DNA of 64,000 nucleotides from positions 26,722,001-26,786,000 of the forward strand of contig OX597830.1 of NCBI GenBank assembly GCA_951406725.2, in the 5' to 3' direction. Position numbers and translations under genes: made by a program. Positions 1 through 56,784 of the stretch are shown here, piece after piece. Position 1 is the first letter of the stretch, and every line of letters starts with the position of its first letter. The notes under the pieces are model-generated. The model did no database searches. It saw only the letters and a program-made list of their open reading frames with translations, and was not told the DNA's origin. Origin of the DNA: Octopus vulgaris (taxonomy: Eukaryota).

Positions 1-222
1 AAGGGGGTGGGGAACAACCTACATAAAAACACAGACATTACCCTACTAAAAAAAATTGCTTCTTAACATGAAACACTGCTTGTTTAATTAACGTGGAAAA
101 CAAATCTATAAATATTGCATGTTAACAACTAATAATTATTTATTTATTTATTACTTATTGCAAAATTGATTAAGAAGATACACTGCATGCAAGATACAGC
201 CTTATATTGTATTGAACATATA

Positions 223-1021
223 CAGGGTGATTAAAAAGTCGCCATACAAAGGAACAATTTATCTTTTTATAAGAAACGGTTTATAAAAATAGTTTTTTTT
301 ATCTAACAGCGCAGGAGTGGCTGTGTGGTAAGTAGCTTTCTAACCAACCACATGGTTCCGGGTTCAGTCCCACTGCGTGGCATCTTGGGCAAGTGTCTTC
401 TGCTATAGCCCCGGGCCGACCAATCAATGCCTTGTGAGTGGATTTGGTAGACGGAAACTGAAAGAAGCCTGTCGTATATATATATATATATGTATATGTG
501 TGTGTGTATGTGTTTGTGTGTCTGTGTTTGGCCCCCTAGCATTGTTTGACAAACCGATGCTGGTGTGTTTACGTCCCCCGTTACTTAGCGGTTCGGCAAA
601 AAAGACCGGTAGAATAAGTACTGGGCTTACAAAAGAATAAGTCCCGGGGTCGATTTGCTCGACTAAAGGCGGTGCTCCAGCATGGCCGCAGCCAAATGAC
701 TGAAACAATTAAAAAGAGAAATAGAGTAAAGAGTCTCTATATGGTTACCATTGTTTTGAATACACATTGCAATACGTTAACCCCACTCACTCTGAAAACT
801 CATAATAGCACATCAGGTGATACGTGTGCAAAGGAGTTGGTGATGCGTTCCTTCAAATGATTTATGTCTTTTATCGTTCCACGATACACCGTGCCTTTCA
901 AATGCCCCCAAAGATAGAAATTAAGAGGGGTCAGATCAAGGGATCAGGGTATCTTATAAACAGTTTTTATAAAAAAAAAAAAAAATTTTTTCCTATGTAT
1001 GGAGACTTTTGAATCACCCTG
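223..1021. mobile_element. Non-autonomous Tc1/mariner element with nested SINE
   Basis: TA-CAGGGTGATTAAAAAGTCGCCATACAAAGGA ... TCCTATGTATGGAGACTTTTGAATCACCCTG-TA TIRs; SINE inserted at 309-732. Confidence 0.85.
309..732 (+). mobile_element. tRNA-derived SINE family 1 (GCGCAGGAGTGGCTGTGTGG head, internal TA/TG microsatellite, AAGAGT tail)
   Basis: A/B-box head. Near-identical copies at about 8966-9378(+), 12300-12753(-), 22240-22675(-), 25450-25848(+), 26925-27210(-), 36346-36745(+), 36885-37280(-), 38397-38792(-), 41225-41614(-), 49603-50015(-), 62266-62690(+). Confidence 0.9.
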
Positions 1022-2522
1022 TATATTGTTTATGTAGAATACAAGGATGTATTTATTGCAACATGCTTGACCTGTTTAAAATATCACAATTGGTACTGGT
1101 GGAATTTATTATCACATTTTTAGGGGTTAGTTCAGTTTAATCTCATCTATATTTATCATAATATTGATTAATGTTACGTTTTGTTACCATACACAGGTAT
1201 ATATATATATATTGTATTGGTTAGCTTACACATCTTAGTGTTGGCAACTGGAGTCAATACTTCAGTGATCCAATGTATATTGGGTAACCATGACAAGAGT
1301 TGTATGTTTTGTCCAGTCCAAGAACTGAGAGAATAGTCATTTATATGAACTAATACTTGGACTGATACTTTATTTTATCAACCCCACAAAGATGAATGAC
1401 AAAGTTGACCACGGCAGGGTTTGAACTCTTAAATTGAATTAAACTTAAAACAAATACTTCTTTCTAATCATAGCACAAGGACAGTAATTTGAAGGAGAGG
1501 AGGATAGTGAATAGATCGACCAGAGTACTTGACTGGTGCATTATTTTATCAAACCCAATAGGATGTAAAGCTAACTCAGTGGCATCTGAACTCAGAATGC
1601 AGAACCAGAAAAAATGCTGCCAAGCATTTTGACCAGCATCATAATGATCCTGCCAGCAGCCATGAGTTTATAATTAATAATACAAGTTTAACCTTTTAAT
1701 GTTCAGATTAATCTGCCAAATTCAATGCTTATATATTCACATTGTTTTGAATTAATCATGGATTATCTCACAGCTTTGGGATTTCAATAGTGTGAATGTT
1801 TATTCTTAGAGTAGGTGTGAGAAGCCAGATCTGTCCAGTTTAAACATGAAACAAGTAGAATATATGGGCTGGACACGGCTGGTTTAAAATGTGTGTTGTC
1901 TAGTATCTGGTAAGCCTACATTATATTCTTTACATCGATCATGCCAACACTGCTGGAAATGAAGAAAAGATTGAAAACCCCTGGCCAAAAGACAGGGCTC
2001 AGAAGACTCTTTAGTCTTGCTCAGGGTTTGGCAGCAACTCTAGTGCTGGTGCTAGATTGTGTGCCTGATTGGCTCCAGTGCTGGTGGCACGTGAAAAGCA
2101 CCAACAAATCATGGCCGATACCAGTTACCCACTGACTGGCTTTTGTGTCGGTGGCACATAAAAATCACCATCCGAACGTGATCGATGCCAGACCTACCTG
2201 ACTGGCTCCTGTGCCAGTAGCACGTACAAAGCACCTCTTGGAGTGGTTGGCATTAGGAAGGGCATCCAGCTGCAGAAACATTGCCCAATCAGATTGGAGC
2301 CTGGTGCAGCCACTGGCTCTCCAGACCTCAGTCAAACCATCCAACCCATGCCAGCATGGAAAACAGATGTTAAACGATGATTAGGATGATGATGAGTACA
2401 CACTTTGAAACATCAGGTGTTAGAAACTGTGCCAAAACTGATACTAGTGGTCCTCTGACTTGTCTAAGCAGGAAGCCGCTTTGAATACAAACGGACTTAG
2501 GCAGCAAAGAAACTTTCACACA

Positions 2523-2920
2523 GGTGGCAAGCTGGGCGAAATACTTAGCGGTATTTCTTCTGCTGCCACGTTCTGAGTTCAAATTCCGCTGAGGTCGACT
2601 TTGCCTTTCATCCTTTCGGGGTCGATTAAATAAGTACCAGTTACGCACTGGGGTTGATATAATCGACTTAATCCGCTTATCTGTCCTTGTTTGTCCCGTC
2701 TGTGTTTAGCCCCTTGTGGGTAGTAAAGAAATAGGTATTTCGTCTGCTGCTACGTTCCCAGTTCAAATTCCGTCAAGGTTGGCTTTGCCTTTCATCCTTT
2801 CGGGGTCGATTAAATAAGTAGCAGTTATGCAACGGGGTCGATATAATCGACTTAATCCGTTTGTCTGTCCTTGTTTGTTTCCTCTGTGTGTGGCCCCTTG
2901 TGGGCAGTAAAGAAATAAGA
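2523..2920 (+). mobile_element. SINE family 2, dimeric copy
   Basis: Two tandem ~180-bp units matching 58303-58690. Confidence 0.85.
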
Positions 2921-3015
2921 AACCTTCACTTTCGCCAGCATAGAAAAACAGACATTCGACAACGATAATGACAACATTGGTGAATCAACAATGAAAGAGA
3001 TCAAAAGCAACAGAC

Positions 3016-44896
<41,881 letters not shown>

Positions 44897-44898
<2 letters not shown>

Positions 44899-45045
44899 TA
44901 TTTCAGTCGAACTTCATTAATATCACCGATAAATAAATACTTCTAAATTGTTAAACACAAATATCTGGGTGAACGTATTTGTATTAATGACTGTTGCCTC
45001 TCAGCCCAAGCAAACACAACACATCAATGACAACATGAAAAGGCA
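44897..45045 (-). other. HELLS: HELLS exon 1: mostly 5' UTR, ends with the AT of the start codon (5' boundary approximate)
   Basis: Strong donor AAATAAT|GTAAGT at 44896 in unique sequence just downstream of an E2F site. Splicing to 34091 creates in-frame AT|G-CCC-AAC (MPNISPPVSMMQ). Confidence 0.65.
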
Positions 45046-45130
45046 CGCTAGATTTTCGCGCCAATTCGCTGAGACCTATCGGTGCTAGTGCATCTTCGTT
45101 CCGTGTACAAATGTCATCCAGACAACCGGT
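45045..45130 (-). promoter_or_regulatory. Putative HELLS promoter with E2F site
   Basis: TTTTCGCGCC at 45053-45062 matches the E2F consensus TTTSSCGC, in locally CpG-richer unique sequence ~155 bp upstream of the exon-1 donor. HELLS is an established E2F target in vertebrates. Confidence 0.6.
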
Positions 45131-48091
45131 TGTTATGTATTACAGTTTTCTGTTATAAACTTTTATTGGCAAAGATCGCCCCTTTTATTTATTGTTTCGT
45201 TCACGTGTATTAATTTATATGCGGTATACAACTACCTTCATATGCTTCATATAAAAGGTTTGTCAGATTACATCATGTTATTTCGTCTAATAAAAGCCCG
45301 TTGCATTTGGCTATATTTAGACAACAGGATGTGTTTATGGTCATGTGATGTTACTTGTTCGATCTTGTCAGTTTTGAAAAAAAAAAAAAAAAAGTTTCCG
45401 AACGGTTTTCGAGCGTTTTATTGTTTTGTAAACCCGATCGAACGCCTGTGCAGATGATCTCGATAAAAATATCAAATAGTGTCGGCGAAAGGGAAAGCTT
45501 TTCCAAAAGATAGTTTGACTTCAGCTGTCGGCATCGTGTTATTTTATTAAATTATGCAGTTAACTTTCATCGTAGACTATATTTACTTTGGTGACTAATT
45601 CTTTTCTTCTTTCCTTTTCAGTTCAAAACGTATTTACTATTCACTATTCTTTGGTTTTTTGATGTTACACTGAGAGTGAAAATATTGATTACAATTCGAC
45701 AGTATCAAGGCAAACTTACCTGGAACCTTATATTATATATTTTATATTATATACTAATTTATATTCCTTTTATATTATATATTTTAGAAATATTGCATTT
45801 CTGAAATCTCTCAGAGAGACTTATACAATAGCAGCACGATAAAGTGATGGAAGATGCTACTGTTATATAACCCCAGGAAACGTGGCTAATGTGACACAGA
45901 ACGCTTGTATCACATAGCCAACTGGAAACTTAGCATTCTTGCCTCTGGAACTGTCGCATTAAGTTGGCAACTTAGCGGTATTTCGTCTGTCGTTACGTTC
46001 TGAGTTCAAATTCCGCCGAGGTCAACTTTCATCCTTTCGGGGTCGATAAATAAAGTACCAGTTTCGCACTGGGGTCGATATAATCGACTCAATCCCTTCG
46101 TCTGTCCTTGTTTGTCCCCTCTATGTTTAGCCCCTTCTGGGCAGTAAAGAAATATAGGCGATCTTTCGTAAAAAAAAAAAAAAAAATTTTTTACGGAAAT
46201 CGACGGAAAGGTCTACTAGAGACGAAAGATTGCCGAAATATATATTTTATTTTCAGTTTTTTTTTTTTTGTTTTATTCGGACATTTACGTTTTCAAATAA
46301 CGAACACCACGATTTAAAAACACAAAAAAAAAAAAAAGTGAGGTGGCGAGAAAAAAATTTCACGTTTATCTTTCTCTTCCTCTTCCTTCTACCAAGATTT
46401 TAGAGGATTCCACGCTTAAAAACTGAGATTGCGGTCCATTCTGAAGACAATTTGCTTACCATTTTTTTTTATCTCCTTCTATCCAAAATACCTATGCTGA
46501 TAACCTTTTACTTGTTTCAGTCACTGGACTGTGGCCATGCGGGAGCATCGCCTTCAAAGGCTCAGTCGAACAAATTGATTCCAGAACTTTTTCTTTTCTT
46601 CTCTTTTTTATGTTAAAGCCGGGTATGTTTTCTATCGGTCTGTTTTGCCGAACCGCTACGTTATGGGAACATAAACAAGCTGACACCGGTTATCAAGCGG
46701 TGGAGGAGGGCGATAAGCACAAACACAAAGACACACATTTACTTGTTTAAGTCATTTGACTGCGGCCAAGTTGGAGCACCGCATCGAAGGGTTTTAGTCG
46801 AAGAAATCAACCCTAGGACTTGTCCTTTTAAGCCTAGTCATTTTAGGTTTCTTTCAGTTTCCGTCTACCAACTATACTCACAAGGTTTTGGTCAACCGGA
46901 GGCTACAGCAGAAGATACTTGCCCATGTCTGCACCTGTGATATCTTTCCACTTACAGCTTATATTCAGAAATCGAAAGAATGGTTAACTGTTATTTATTT
47001 TCTCGCTGCAGAAAAAAATAATCGAAGACATTTGATTCGCATTACGAAAGTTTTTTTTTTTTTTTTCTTTAATCTTCTCTTGTCCAATTCTCATCGGATC
47101 TGCTGTTGGATAAACAGAGGCATTGAATGGATGCTCAGTGCCGTATCCAAAATACAGTTTGTTTCACAGACAAACTTTTCGTTTGCGAAGGTAAAAAATA
47201 CGCACACCCGGTGTTTTTAGGTTTAGGGTTAGAGTTACGCCGAAAACGGTGGTGTTCGTATTCTTTACCTCCGCCTTTTTTCGTTTATAATATTCAACGA
47301 GTTTCTAATCAGATACCTACACCATGTGGGAAAGGGGGAAAAAATGGTGGTGGGGTGAGGGGAGAGAAAGTGCCTTTGATTTTTTTTTTTTTTAAATTCT
47401 TTAAGGTCACTAATTTCTTAGGCGCAAGCGTGGTTATATTGCAAAAAGCTTGCTTCCCAATCATATTGTACCAAATTCAGTCCCACTGCGTGGCATCTTG
47501 GGAAAATGCCATCCACTATAACCAGAGGCTGACCAAAGCCTTGTGAGTGGATTTGGAGGACGGAAATCCGTCCATATATTTGTAACGACATGATTGGGAG
47601 GAGAGAAGGCGAAAGTTACGATGAGGCTTGAATGATGTTGATGTATCGTAAAAATGAATGAATGAAAAAACAATTAATTATAGAGATGGCCATTTATTTA
47701 GTAGATTATAATGACGCTACAACATAAGATAGAAACGTTGGCGTCGCGTCGTTTGCCCGTGTACTTACATGTTGGTAGTCAGTTGTAGTAATACTTTCTG
47801 GTTTAATGGATTCTTTGCGTGTGGGAGCTCGCTTAATTGTCTGCTGCTAGTGAGGGAGAAAAGAGGAGAATTGTGATGTCAAAACAGAGTACAAGCAGTG
47901 CATTGTCCCTCTCTTTTCCATTCGGCCGAGATGCTTGTTGGTCAGAAGGCAGATACCAAAGAGGCTCAAGAAACCTCTCGTTGGGTACGTATAAAGTTTG
48001 TCAACTAAAGCAGGCCAATGATAAAACAAAAGGTTGATCCTTCCACGACCACAGAAGGTCTCAGAAGTCAACTCAACCTCATCAATTTTGA

Positions 48092-48495
48092 AGGCGGCGA
48101 GCTGGCAGTAACGTTAGCATGCCGGGCGAAATACGTAGCCGTATTTCGTCTGCCGTTACGTTCCGAGTTCAAATTCCGCCGAGGTCGACTTTGCCTTTCA
48201 TCCTTTCGGGGTCGATAAATTAAGTACCAGTTACGCACTGGTGTCGATATAATCGGCTTAATCCGTTTGTTTGTTCTTGTTTGTCCCCTCTGTGTTTAGC
48301 TCCTTGTGGGTAGTAAAGAAATAGTTATTTCGTCTGTCTTTATGTTCTGAGTTCAAATTCCGCCGAGGTCGACTTTGCCTTTCATCCATTTGAGATCGAT
48401 AAATTAAGTACCAGTTGCGTACTGGTGTCGATCTAATTGACTGGCCCCCTCCCCAAAATTTAGGGCCTTGTGCCTAGATTAGAATAGAAAAGAAT
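48092..48495 (+). mobile_element. SINE family 2, dimeric copy
   Basis: Match to 58303-58690. Confidence 0.88.
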
Positions 48496-49602
48496 CCTCA
48501 TTAATTTCCAAGAGCAGAAAGACCGGAAATTTATCTGACAATTAATAAAACTGTGGATTCGGTTTCGAATCTTCTCAGTTGCTGTAGCTGGTCCCTAAAT
48601 ATATATAAAGAAGTTGAAAATGCACTAGGAATCTTAGATGGTTTATTTTTAAAGGCTTACACGGTTTCACAGATTTTTGATTTTCGAATGTTAAGTGAGA
48701 TTGAAAGGCCATAGGCCACGTAGCAATGGTCTTGCTTCTGACTGGAGTTCGAAAATTTTCTTTCTATGGAGTATATGACTCAAATAAGAATTTGTTTAAG
48801 ATACAGTTTGATTGGCAGATGATGGTGAGGTAATTAGGCTTAGAAATGCTTGTATCTTCCCCTCTACGTCCGTCGTTGATGTCATGTGACAATATTTTTT
48901 GTGCCGAAAGTTAAAGCTGTCGCGGTCGAGTGAATGTGTTTAGTGACAGTCTCAGACAATCAAGGCCCTTTAATCTGTCGAATAGTAAAGTAGACAGAAA
49001 TTGTTTGCGTGCACTCATTAAATTTTGTTAGCTCTCCTTTACTATCTGTGAGTTAGTGCTTATGTGGTTTGTTAATGTCATTTCAGTCGTGGTTTGTATT
49101 TTTGTGTAAATATATTTTCTCTAATTATTCGTATTTGAATTATGGTATTGTTTGAATAAAAGTAAAGCAGGAACACTTGGAATTTTTGGAATTTATTTAT
49201 TGCAGAAGTAATGTTGGCTGTGTAAATTCATCATGTCAAATGGCAGAATGTGTTTATGCGGGAATAGTTGTTAGCGAAAGTACTTTGTTAAAGTTTTACC
49301 CAGCCGTGGTTTGTATTTTTGTTTGAATATATTTTCTTTATTTATCCATGTTTCATCTGTGGCATTGACTGAACAAAGGTAAAATGGGAAGACTTGGAAT
49401 TTGGGAGACATATTTTGCAACTATGTCTTTGTATACTCTCAGTGACATCTGTCTAGTACTGAGATCTCGTATTTGTTGATAATAAATAGACATTCTTTTA
49501 ATGAGAGTAAATTTTGTTTGAATCTTGGAATCCTCGTTACGTCCTTTATATCTGATAACATTTATTAATTTTTGACGAATCGATAAAATTTCTTTATTCT
49601 TT

Positions 49603-49775
49603 TATTCTTTTACTTGTATCAGTCATTTGACTGCGGCCATGCTGGAGCACCGCCTTTAGTCGAGAAAATTGCCCCCAGGACTTATTCTTTGTAAGCCTAA
49701 TACCGCTACGATACGGGACGTAAACGCACAAGCATCAGTCATCAAGAGATGTTGGGGGACAAAAACACACACACA

Positions 49776-49852
<77 letters not shown>

Positions 49853-50015
49853 GACGGGCTTCTTTCAGCTTCCATCTACCAAATCCACTCATAAGGCTTT
49901 GGTCGACCCGAGGCTATAGTAGAAGACACTTGCCCAAGGTGCCACGTAGTAGAATTGAAGCCGGAACCATGTGGCTGGTAAGCAAGCTACTTACCACACA
50001 GCCACTCCTGTGCCT
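49603..50015 (-). mobile_element. SINE family 1 copy
   Basis: Reverse-complement match to 309-732, with an expanded (TA)n. Confidence 0.88.
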
Positions 50016-51119
50016 ATTTATGGTAACAAATTGTCCCATTTCAAGTTTATGTTTTGTCTTCAGTGAGGTTGATGCAAGTACCGTAGTTTGGGCAACCACG
50101 CTTTTTGACTGTTAGTGTGGGGTTTGTAGATTATATAATTTAGCGCTGGTGAGTAGTATTTTGAGGGATTTTGATTATCTTTTATTTTTGATTATCCCGA
50201 GTATTTCGAATGCTTGTTTCATCCCTGGGTTTTGTCTCAGTACAAGCATAATCTGGTGGATAATGTTAACTTCTGTGTTTTGTGGAGGTTGTCAGTTGTG
50301 TAGGCGTGGTTACCCCCCTTGACAGTGGGTTTAAACAAACTGGCACTGGATGGCCTTAGAGTGTGAGATTCTGGCATTGGGCATTAGGATTTACTCTTTC
50401 TGCGTCGTGACATGCGACTGTTAAGACGTAACCTAACTAGCTCTCTCTCTCTCACTCCACAGGCCAGTAGCAGAAAGGAGCTAACGCACAGAAAACCATG
50501 ACCTCCACGCATCAAACCATTTTCGCTTATCATCCAATTTGTGCAGGTACGTGTCGCCATATTAAAGGTATATAAAGCCACAGCCTTGTTTATGTATTCT
50601 TTATACCAGGTTTCCTGTCAAATGATATTACAGCCTTCTGAGTAGAGTCACATTAGATGGAACACAACATATCCTTCTATAGATGTAATAAAGGGTCGAG
50701 GAGAGTATTGGACGTCTCTGAAGTGCTTTTGTTTGTTTTTCATAGCTCTTGAATATCTATTAATTCGGCTCGTTTTATTCGGTTGTCTATTATCATCGAT
50801 CGACGTTGTATTTCAAGTAGTACTTGTTTTAATTCCTGGTGTCTTTTATTACGAGTTTCATAATTCTAAACAATGTTTGAAGCAGAGCCTATAACTGATG
50901 ATCTAGTGAATGAAGCATTTATATAGGAAGAACCTTATTCTCAGAGATGTCGAGAGAAATGACACTCACTCTTCTAGCTAGATTAAGTGGAATATTAGTC
51001 TTCGTGTAATAGGGAATGGCATGAGGAGAACAGCTGATAAATTCTTATAAATTCTTATAACGAAGGTGATAACGTAACCCCAAATCTTTTGTCATTCATT
51101 AACTGATACAGACACAGAA

Positions 51120-51245
51120 ACATATATACATGCATACATACATACATACATACATACATACATACATACATACATACACACATACATACATACATACATA
51201 CATACATACATACATACATACATACATACATACGTACGTACGTAC
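51120..51245. repeat. (CATA)n microsatellite
   Basis: Directly visible. Confidence 0.95.
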
Positions 51246-51411
51246 CTGTGTGTGTGTGAGAGTGTGTATGAGTGTAAAGCTAAGCGTTTTATGGTAGCCA
51301 AATCCTGGCTAACCCTATGAATCGGCCATAACAATCTTTCTCTAAATACTCAACTGCTCTATAACTTAAAGTGCGGCTTCTGTTTCTGATTCTTGAATTA
51401 CTGGCTATATA

Positions 51412-52278
51412 CAGGGTGCGATGAGTAAATTGTCGCCATTTTATATTTTTAATTTCGTGCATGCACATTGTTTTCGATTTTATCGACTACACAGTATAGT
51501 AGGGTCAATTGGGCACCCCCCTGTGAAAAAAAAAACAGCACCATGACGCAGTTCACTCTGCCAGAAATTTGGAAACACATTGTACTGTTTGGCATTCGCG
51601 CTGGAATCTCCAAAACGAACATTTCAGAGTGTTTGGGTGTCATTCTGAGGACATGTACCGAGAGTGATAAAAACCAAACATCCAGTCAACATCATGGTGC
51701 TTAGAGTTATCACTAGTGATGGCGATGTTATGCCTCTATTCATCTTCCCACACGTTCTCAGACTCAACACGGAGGTCTACATCAAGTACCTAGAGGAGGT
51801 AGTGCTGCCCTGGGTCAAGAGAGTGGCTGCTGGAAGACCCTAGGTCTGGCAACAGGACTTTACACCATGCCACACAAGCCGGAGAACCCAGTAGTAGCTG
51901 TGAGACAATTTCTGCGATCACATCACACCTAACATCTGGCCACCTAAGTCCCCAGACGGCAACCCTCTTGATTATTATGTGTGGGGCGCAGTTGAGCAAG
52001 AGACTAACAAAATTCCTTGTAACACTAAAGGTGAACTGAAGGCAAGGATTATGGCAGCATTCACCAACTTAAACAAGGAGACCATCAAGAAGAGCTGCAG
52101 GAGATTACGAAGTCGTCTGAAGGCTGTGGTTGAAGCCAATGGCGAATTTATTGATTAATTTCCTCTTTAGTATTTCAAGATATTTTTATGTAATTTTGGT
52201 AAATATATATGTTAAAATGAGATATCAGTATTTTCATTTTTGCGTAATTTAGACGACAGTGTATTTACCACACTTCTA
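51412..52278 (+). mobile_element. Internally deleted maT/DD37D-like transposon
   Basis: TA-CAGGGTGCGATGAG start; fragments SDGDVMPLFIF, WQQD, WPPKSPDGNPLDYYVWG; degenerate right TIR. Confidence 0.82.
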
Positions 52279-53394
52279 ATGCTCTCTTAGACTAGCAAGA
52301 ATGATGGCATTAATGTCCCTTTTGAATCGTTCCAAATCAATGCCCGCTGGAAAAATATAAGCAGGGAAGAAATCCCAGAGGACCAACGTTCTGCGCAGTA
52401 AGAAGGGCACGGTGATTGGGGTAGGGCTTGGATACGATGAATAGAGGAAAGATAAGTGGATCGGGGGCGGGGCTTATGAGAGAACTCGTATTGCAAAGGA
52501 AGGGCCCATGAATATCTATTGGGATTCTGCCCACCACCACTCACAAAGCTCAGTTTCTTTGAATTTGTGAAATACAGTGTCTCTAAAGGACTTAAAGATG
52601 TTTGAGGCAGAGCCTATAATTGACGATCCAGTGAATGAAACATTTATATGGGAAGAACCTTATTCTCAGAGATGTCGAGAGAAATGACACTCACTCATAG
52701 AAATTATTGAATAATTACAACAACATAAAATACCAGCCAAATATCGGAGTCGATGGTATTACACGAGAATACCTGACGCACCGAAAAGAAAATGTCTTGG
52801 TGTATATATATTCCGGCTGTTTACATTTTGAGTTGAAATTTCGCCGAGTTTCAACCTTGCAGTGTGGATAAAATAAAATACAAGTCAAATACTAGAGTCA
52901 ATAGTATCGGCTGAATCACTGAAGAATCGCTAACGGCGAAGTCGACCAGGGCGGAATTTTGAACTCAGAACGAAAAGACGAATGAAATACCGCTAAGCAT
53001 TTTCCCCGGCTGGTTAACGATTCTGTCAGCTCACCGTCTTGAGCGCCGTCAGTTTATAGTATAAACATTATATTATATGAATAGGGCAATGAATAGAATA
53101 CTACGTGGAATTTGACCTCAGAATGTCAAGAGCCGGTGTTTCTATTTCAGATTCCCCGTCCTCACTCACGTTTCAGTTTACCTCCCGATAGGTTAAAATC
53201 TCTTGAAGTTTTCTAGGATTACGTAGGATGAAATCGATTTCAACTTATCCCCGGTTTTAACTCGAAATGAGGGTTAAGTCCTTATATCGGAAGAAATACC
53301 GCAAAGCATTTTGTTCGACACACTAACGATTTTTCTCGGTCGTCCCTTTAAAAGGATAACCATTTCTGACTCAGACACAGAGAGCCCATTTGTT

Positions 53395-53768
53395 TATACT
53401 CGTGGCACTCCGTCGATTACGACGACGAGGGTTTCAGTTGACCCGATCAACGGAACAGCCTGTTTGTGAAATTAACGAGCAAGTGGCTGAGCACTCCACA
53501 GACACGTGTACCCCTTAACGTAGTTCTCGGGGGAGATTCAGCGTGACACAGAATGTGACAAGGCTGGCCCTTTGAAATACAGGTACAGCAGAAACACGAA
53601 GAAAGAGTGAGAGAGAGTTGTGGTGAAAGAATACAGTAGGGATCGCTACCACCCTCTGCCAGAGCCTCGCGGAGCTTTAGGTATTTTCGCTCAATAAACA
53701 CTCACAACGGCCGGTCTGGGGATCGAAACTGCGATCCTATGACCGCGAGTACGCTGCCCTTAACCACT
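53395..53768 (-). mobile_element. tRNA-derived SINE family 4 copy
   Basis: Reverse complement shares its head and GTGTTTATTGAGCGAAAA with 5338-5630. Confidence 0.75.
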
Positions 53769-54167
53769 TGTTTATACTAATCTCTAATATTTAACTGGCA
53801 CTTAGTATGATCTAATGAACTCAGAATATAAAATTCCAGAATAAATACTGCATTGCTTTTTTGCCGATTAAATCAGCTCACCGCGGATTAAAGTTTCTTT
53901 GTGTTACGTGTGTGAAGCAAACGTGATATGGCTGACTAAATCAATTCCAGTTCTTGGTTTGTGAATATTTTATTATCAATCCTTGAAAGTTGTTGGAGCA
54001 TTAAATCATCATCGATTGGAAAATAAGAGCAGAACGTTCAAAGGGAGGTAATTAAGGACTGAAAACTAAAATGACTACGAAGTACCGGAATGTAGAAAAT
54101 ATGTGTAAATCACAGCCGTCCTACGTTCATTCATTTATAGACCGACACATACGGCTTATAGGTTCGT

Positions 54168-55236
<1,069 letters not shown>

Positions 55237-56014
55237 ACACACACACACACACACGAGTAAGCATATAAATGCAAAACAACATAGAAAAACATATGGTAAA
55301 TTTTGGGAAGTATACCCGCATGGGTTTCAATGAGAAAAAATGAAAACCTTCGGGGATTTTTTTTTTTTTTTTGCGTGGAATCAAGTACCCTGACTTCATA
55401 ATGTGCCGCAAACCCCTTACTTTTGTTTGGAAAAAAAGGGGTGGCTGGGAAACCGTTTCCCCTTTACTCAGAATCATTGGAAAATTTTTTTGTTGTTGAA
55501 TGACTTACGGTGACCTCCTAATAAGTCACAAAACGCTTATTTTTATCCGGAAAAGTAGGGTGGGATGGGATGGAAACCTCGGAAATTTTACCCACCCACC
55601 ATTTTCCCGAGAAAAATATATTTTTGGTGTTTCTTTCTTTACCCTTATATAATAGATAATATTTTGCAGAAATACGTTTTCGAGTGTGGAGATTACATAA
55701 GAGTGACAATTGTTACCACTTGTCGTTTATTTTTCAAGTCTGGTGTGTATTTTATCGATTTACGCCGAACCGCTAATTTACGGTAAACAGACCAACACCG
55801 GTTATTGGGCGTGTTGTGATAAGCACAAAGATACGTACATGTGTACATGCATACACACAAACATTGAAAAGAATAAGTGAAAATGCTAAAGTTATAAAAA
55901 TTAGTGGTAACGAAGTCTGGGCACGAGAGATAAAGAATGATACAAAATTCTTCTAAAATGAATGTTAGTGTGTGTGTGTGGGGTGTATGTGTGGGGTGTG
56001 TGAAACAAGTAAAA

Positions 56015-56191
56015 GTATACAGTTCTATATTTAAGAGATGAGGAATTATGTACATTATTTACATTCGACGGATATTTGTCCTCATCTTGTTTGTTGTTAA
56101 CACAACATTTCGACTGATATAGCCTCCAGCCTTCTTCAGGTGTCTTGGGGAAATTTCGAACCTGGGTTCTCATTTCTAAGGTATTTTTTGA

Positions 56192-56244
<53 letters not shown>

Positions 56245-56283
56245 GTTCGATTCCAAGCAGTGACCTGAACAATAACAACAACA

Positions 56284-56317
<34 letters not shown>

Positions 56318-56469
56318 TATAAATAACATCGAAAAATACCTTTGGAATGAGAACCCAGGTTCAAAATTTCCCCAAGACACTTGATGAAGGCTGGAGGGTA
56401 TATCAGCCGAAATGTTATGTTAACAACAAACAAGATGAGGACAAATATCCGTCGAATGTAAATAATGTA
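56015..56469. mobile_element. Palindromic tRNA-head/hammerhead element, copy B
   Basis: ~150-bp highly similar inverted arms plus (TTA)n/(TAA)n; the centre keeps only the B-box remnant GTTCGATTCC; hammerhead motifs at ~56097-56144 (-) and ~56376-56421 (+). Confidence 0.8.
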
Positions 56470-56784
56470 AGTAAAAGTATGATATTAAAACAAAATATCT
56501 TTTCCATACTTCTTAAAATCACTGGATATATTAATCCCAGATTGCAGAATAGATTTTAAATGGTATCGTGTGTTTCAGGGGTGCTTTTGGGTCTTTACTC
56601 TCTTTACATTACGAGTCAATTAATAGGTCGATAATACTGACTAACCCCCTCCCCTAAAAATTATTGGTCTTGGGTTAAAATCAGAAACAATTATTCGAGT
56701 ACGACCCGACCTTCAATATCTTGGTGTCGAGGAGGTTTTTATCTCTTAATCTCTAAATGTTATGAAAATAGGGCCATGATTTAA

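Larger units (their letters stand above)
50874..52696 (+). repeat. ~98-bp direct repeats (50874-50971, 52599-52696)
   Basis: TGTTTGA.GCAGAGCCTATAA...GAAATGACACTCACTC twice, with about 6 mismatches. Confidence 0.85.

Noticed and set aside
303-708. Recurrent short ORFs such as RLWSARGYSRRHLPKVPRSGTEPGTMWLV and MRNWYLFNRPRKDERQSRP
   Set aside because: They are translations of SINE consensus sequences repeated throughout the window.
1-3015. Search for the terminal HELLS exons
   Set aside because: No phase-1 exon with HELLS-like sequence was found, so the gene end is presumed to lie outside the window.
45600-45625. Strong + strand polypyrimidine/CAG acceptor suggesting a divergent transcript
   Set aside because: No matching donor or ORF could be identified from the sequence alone.
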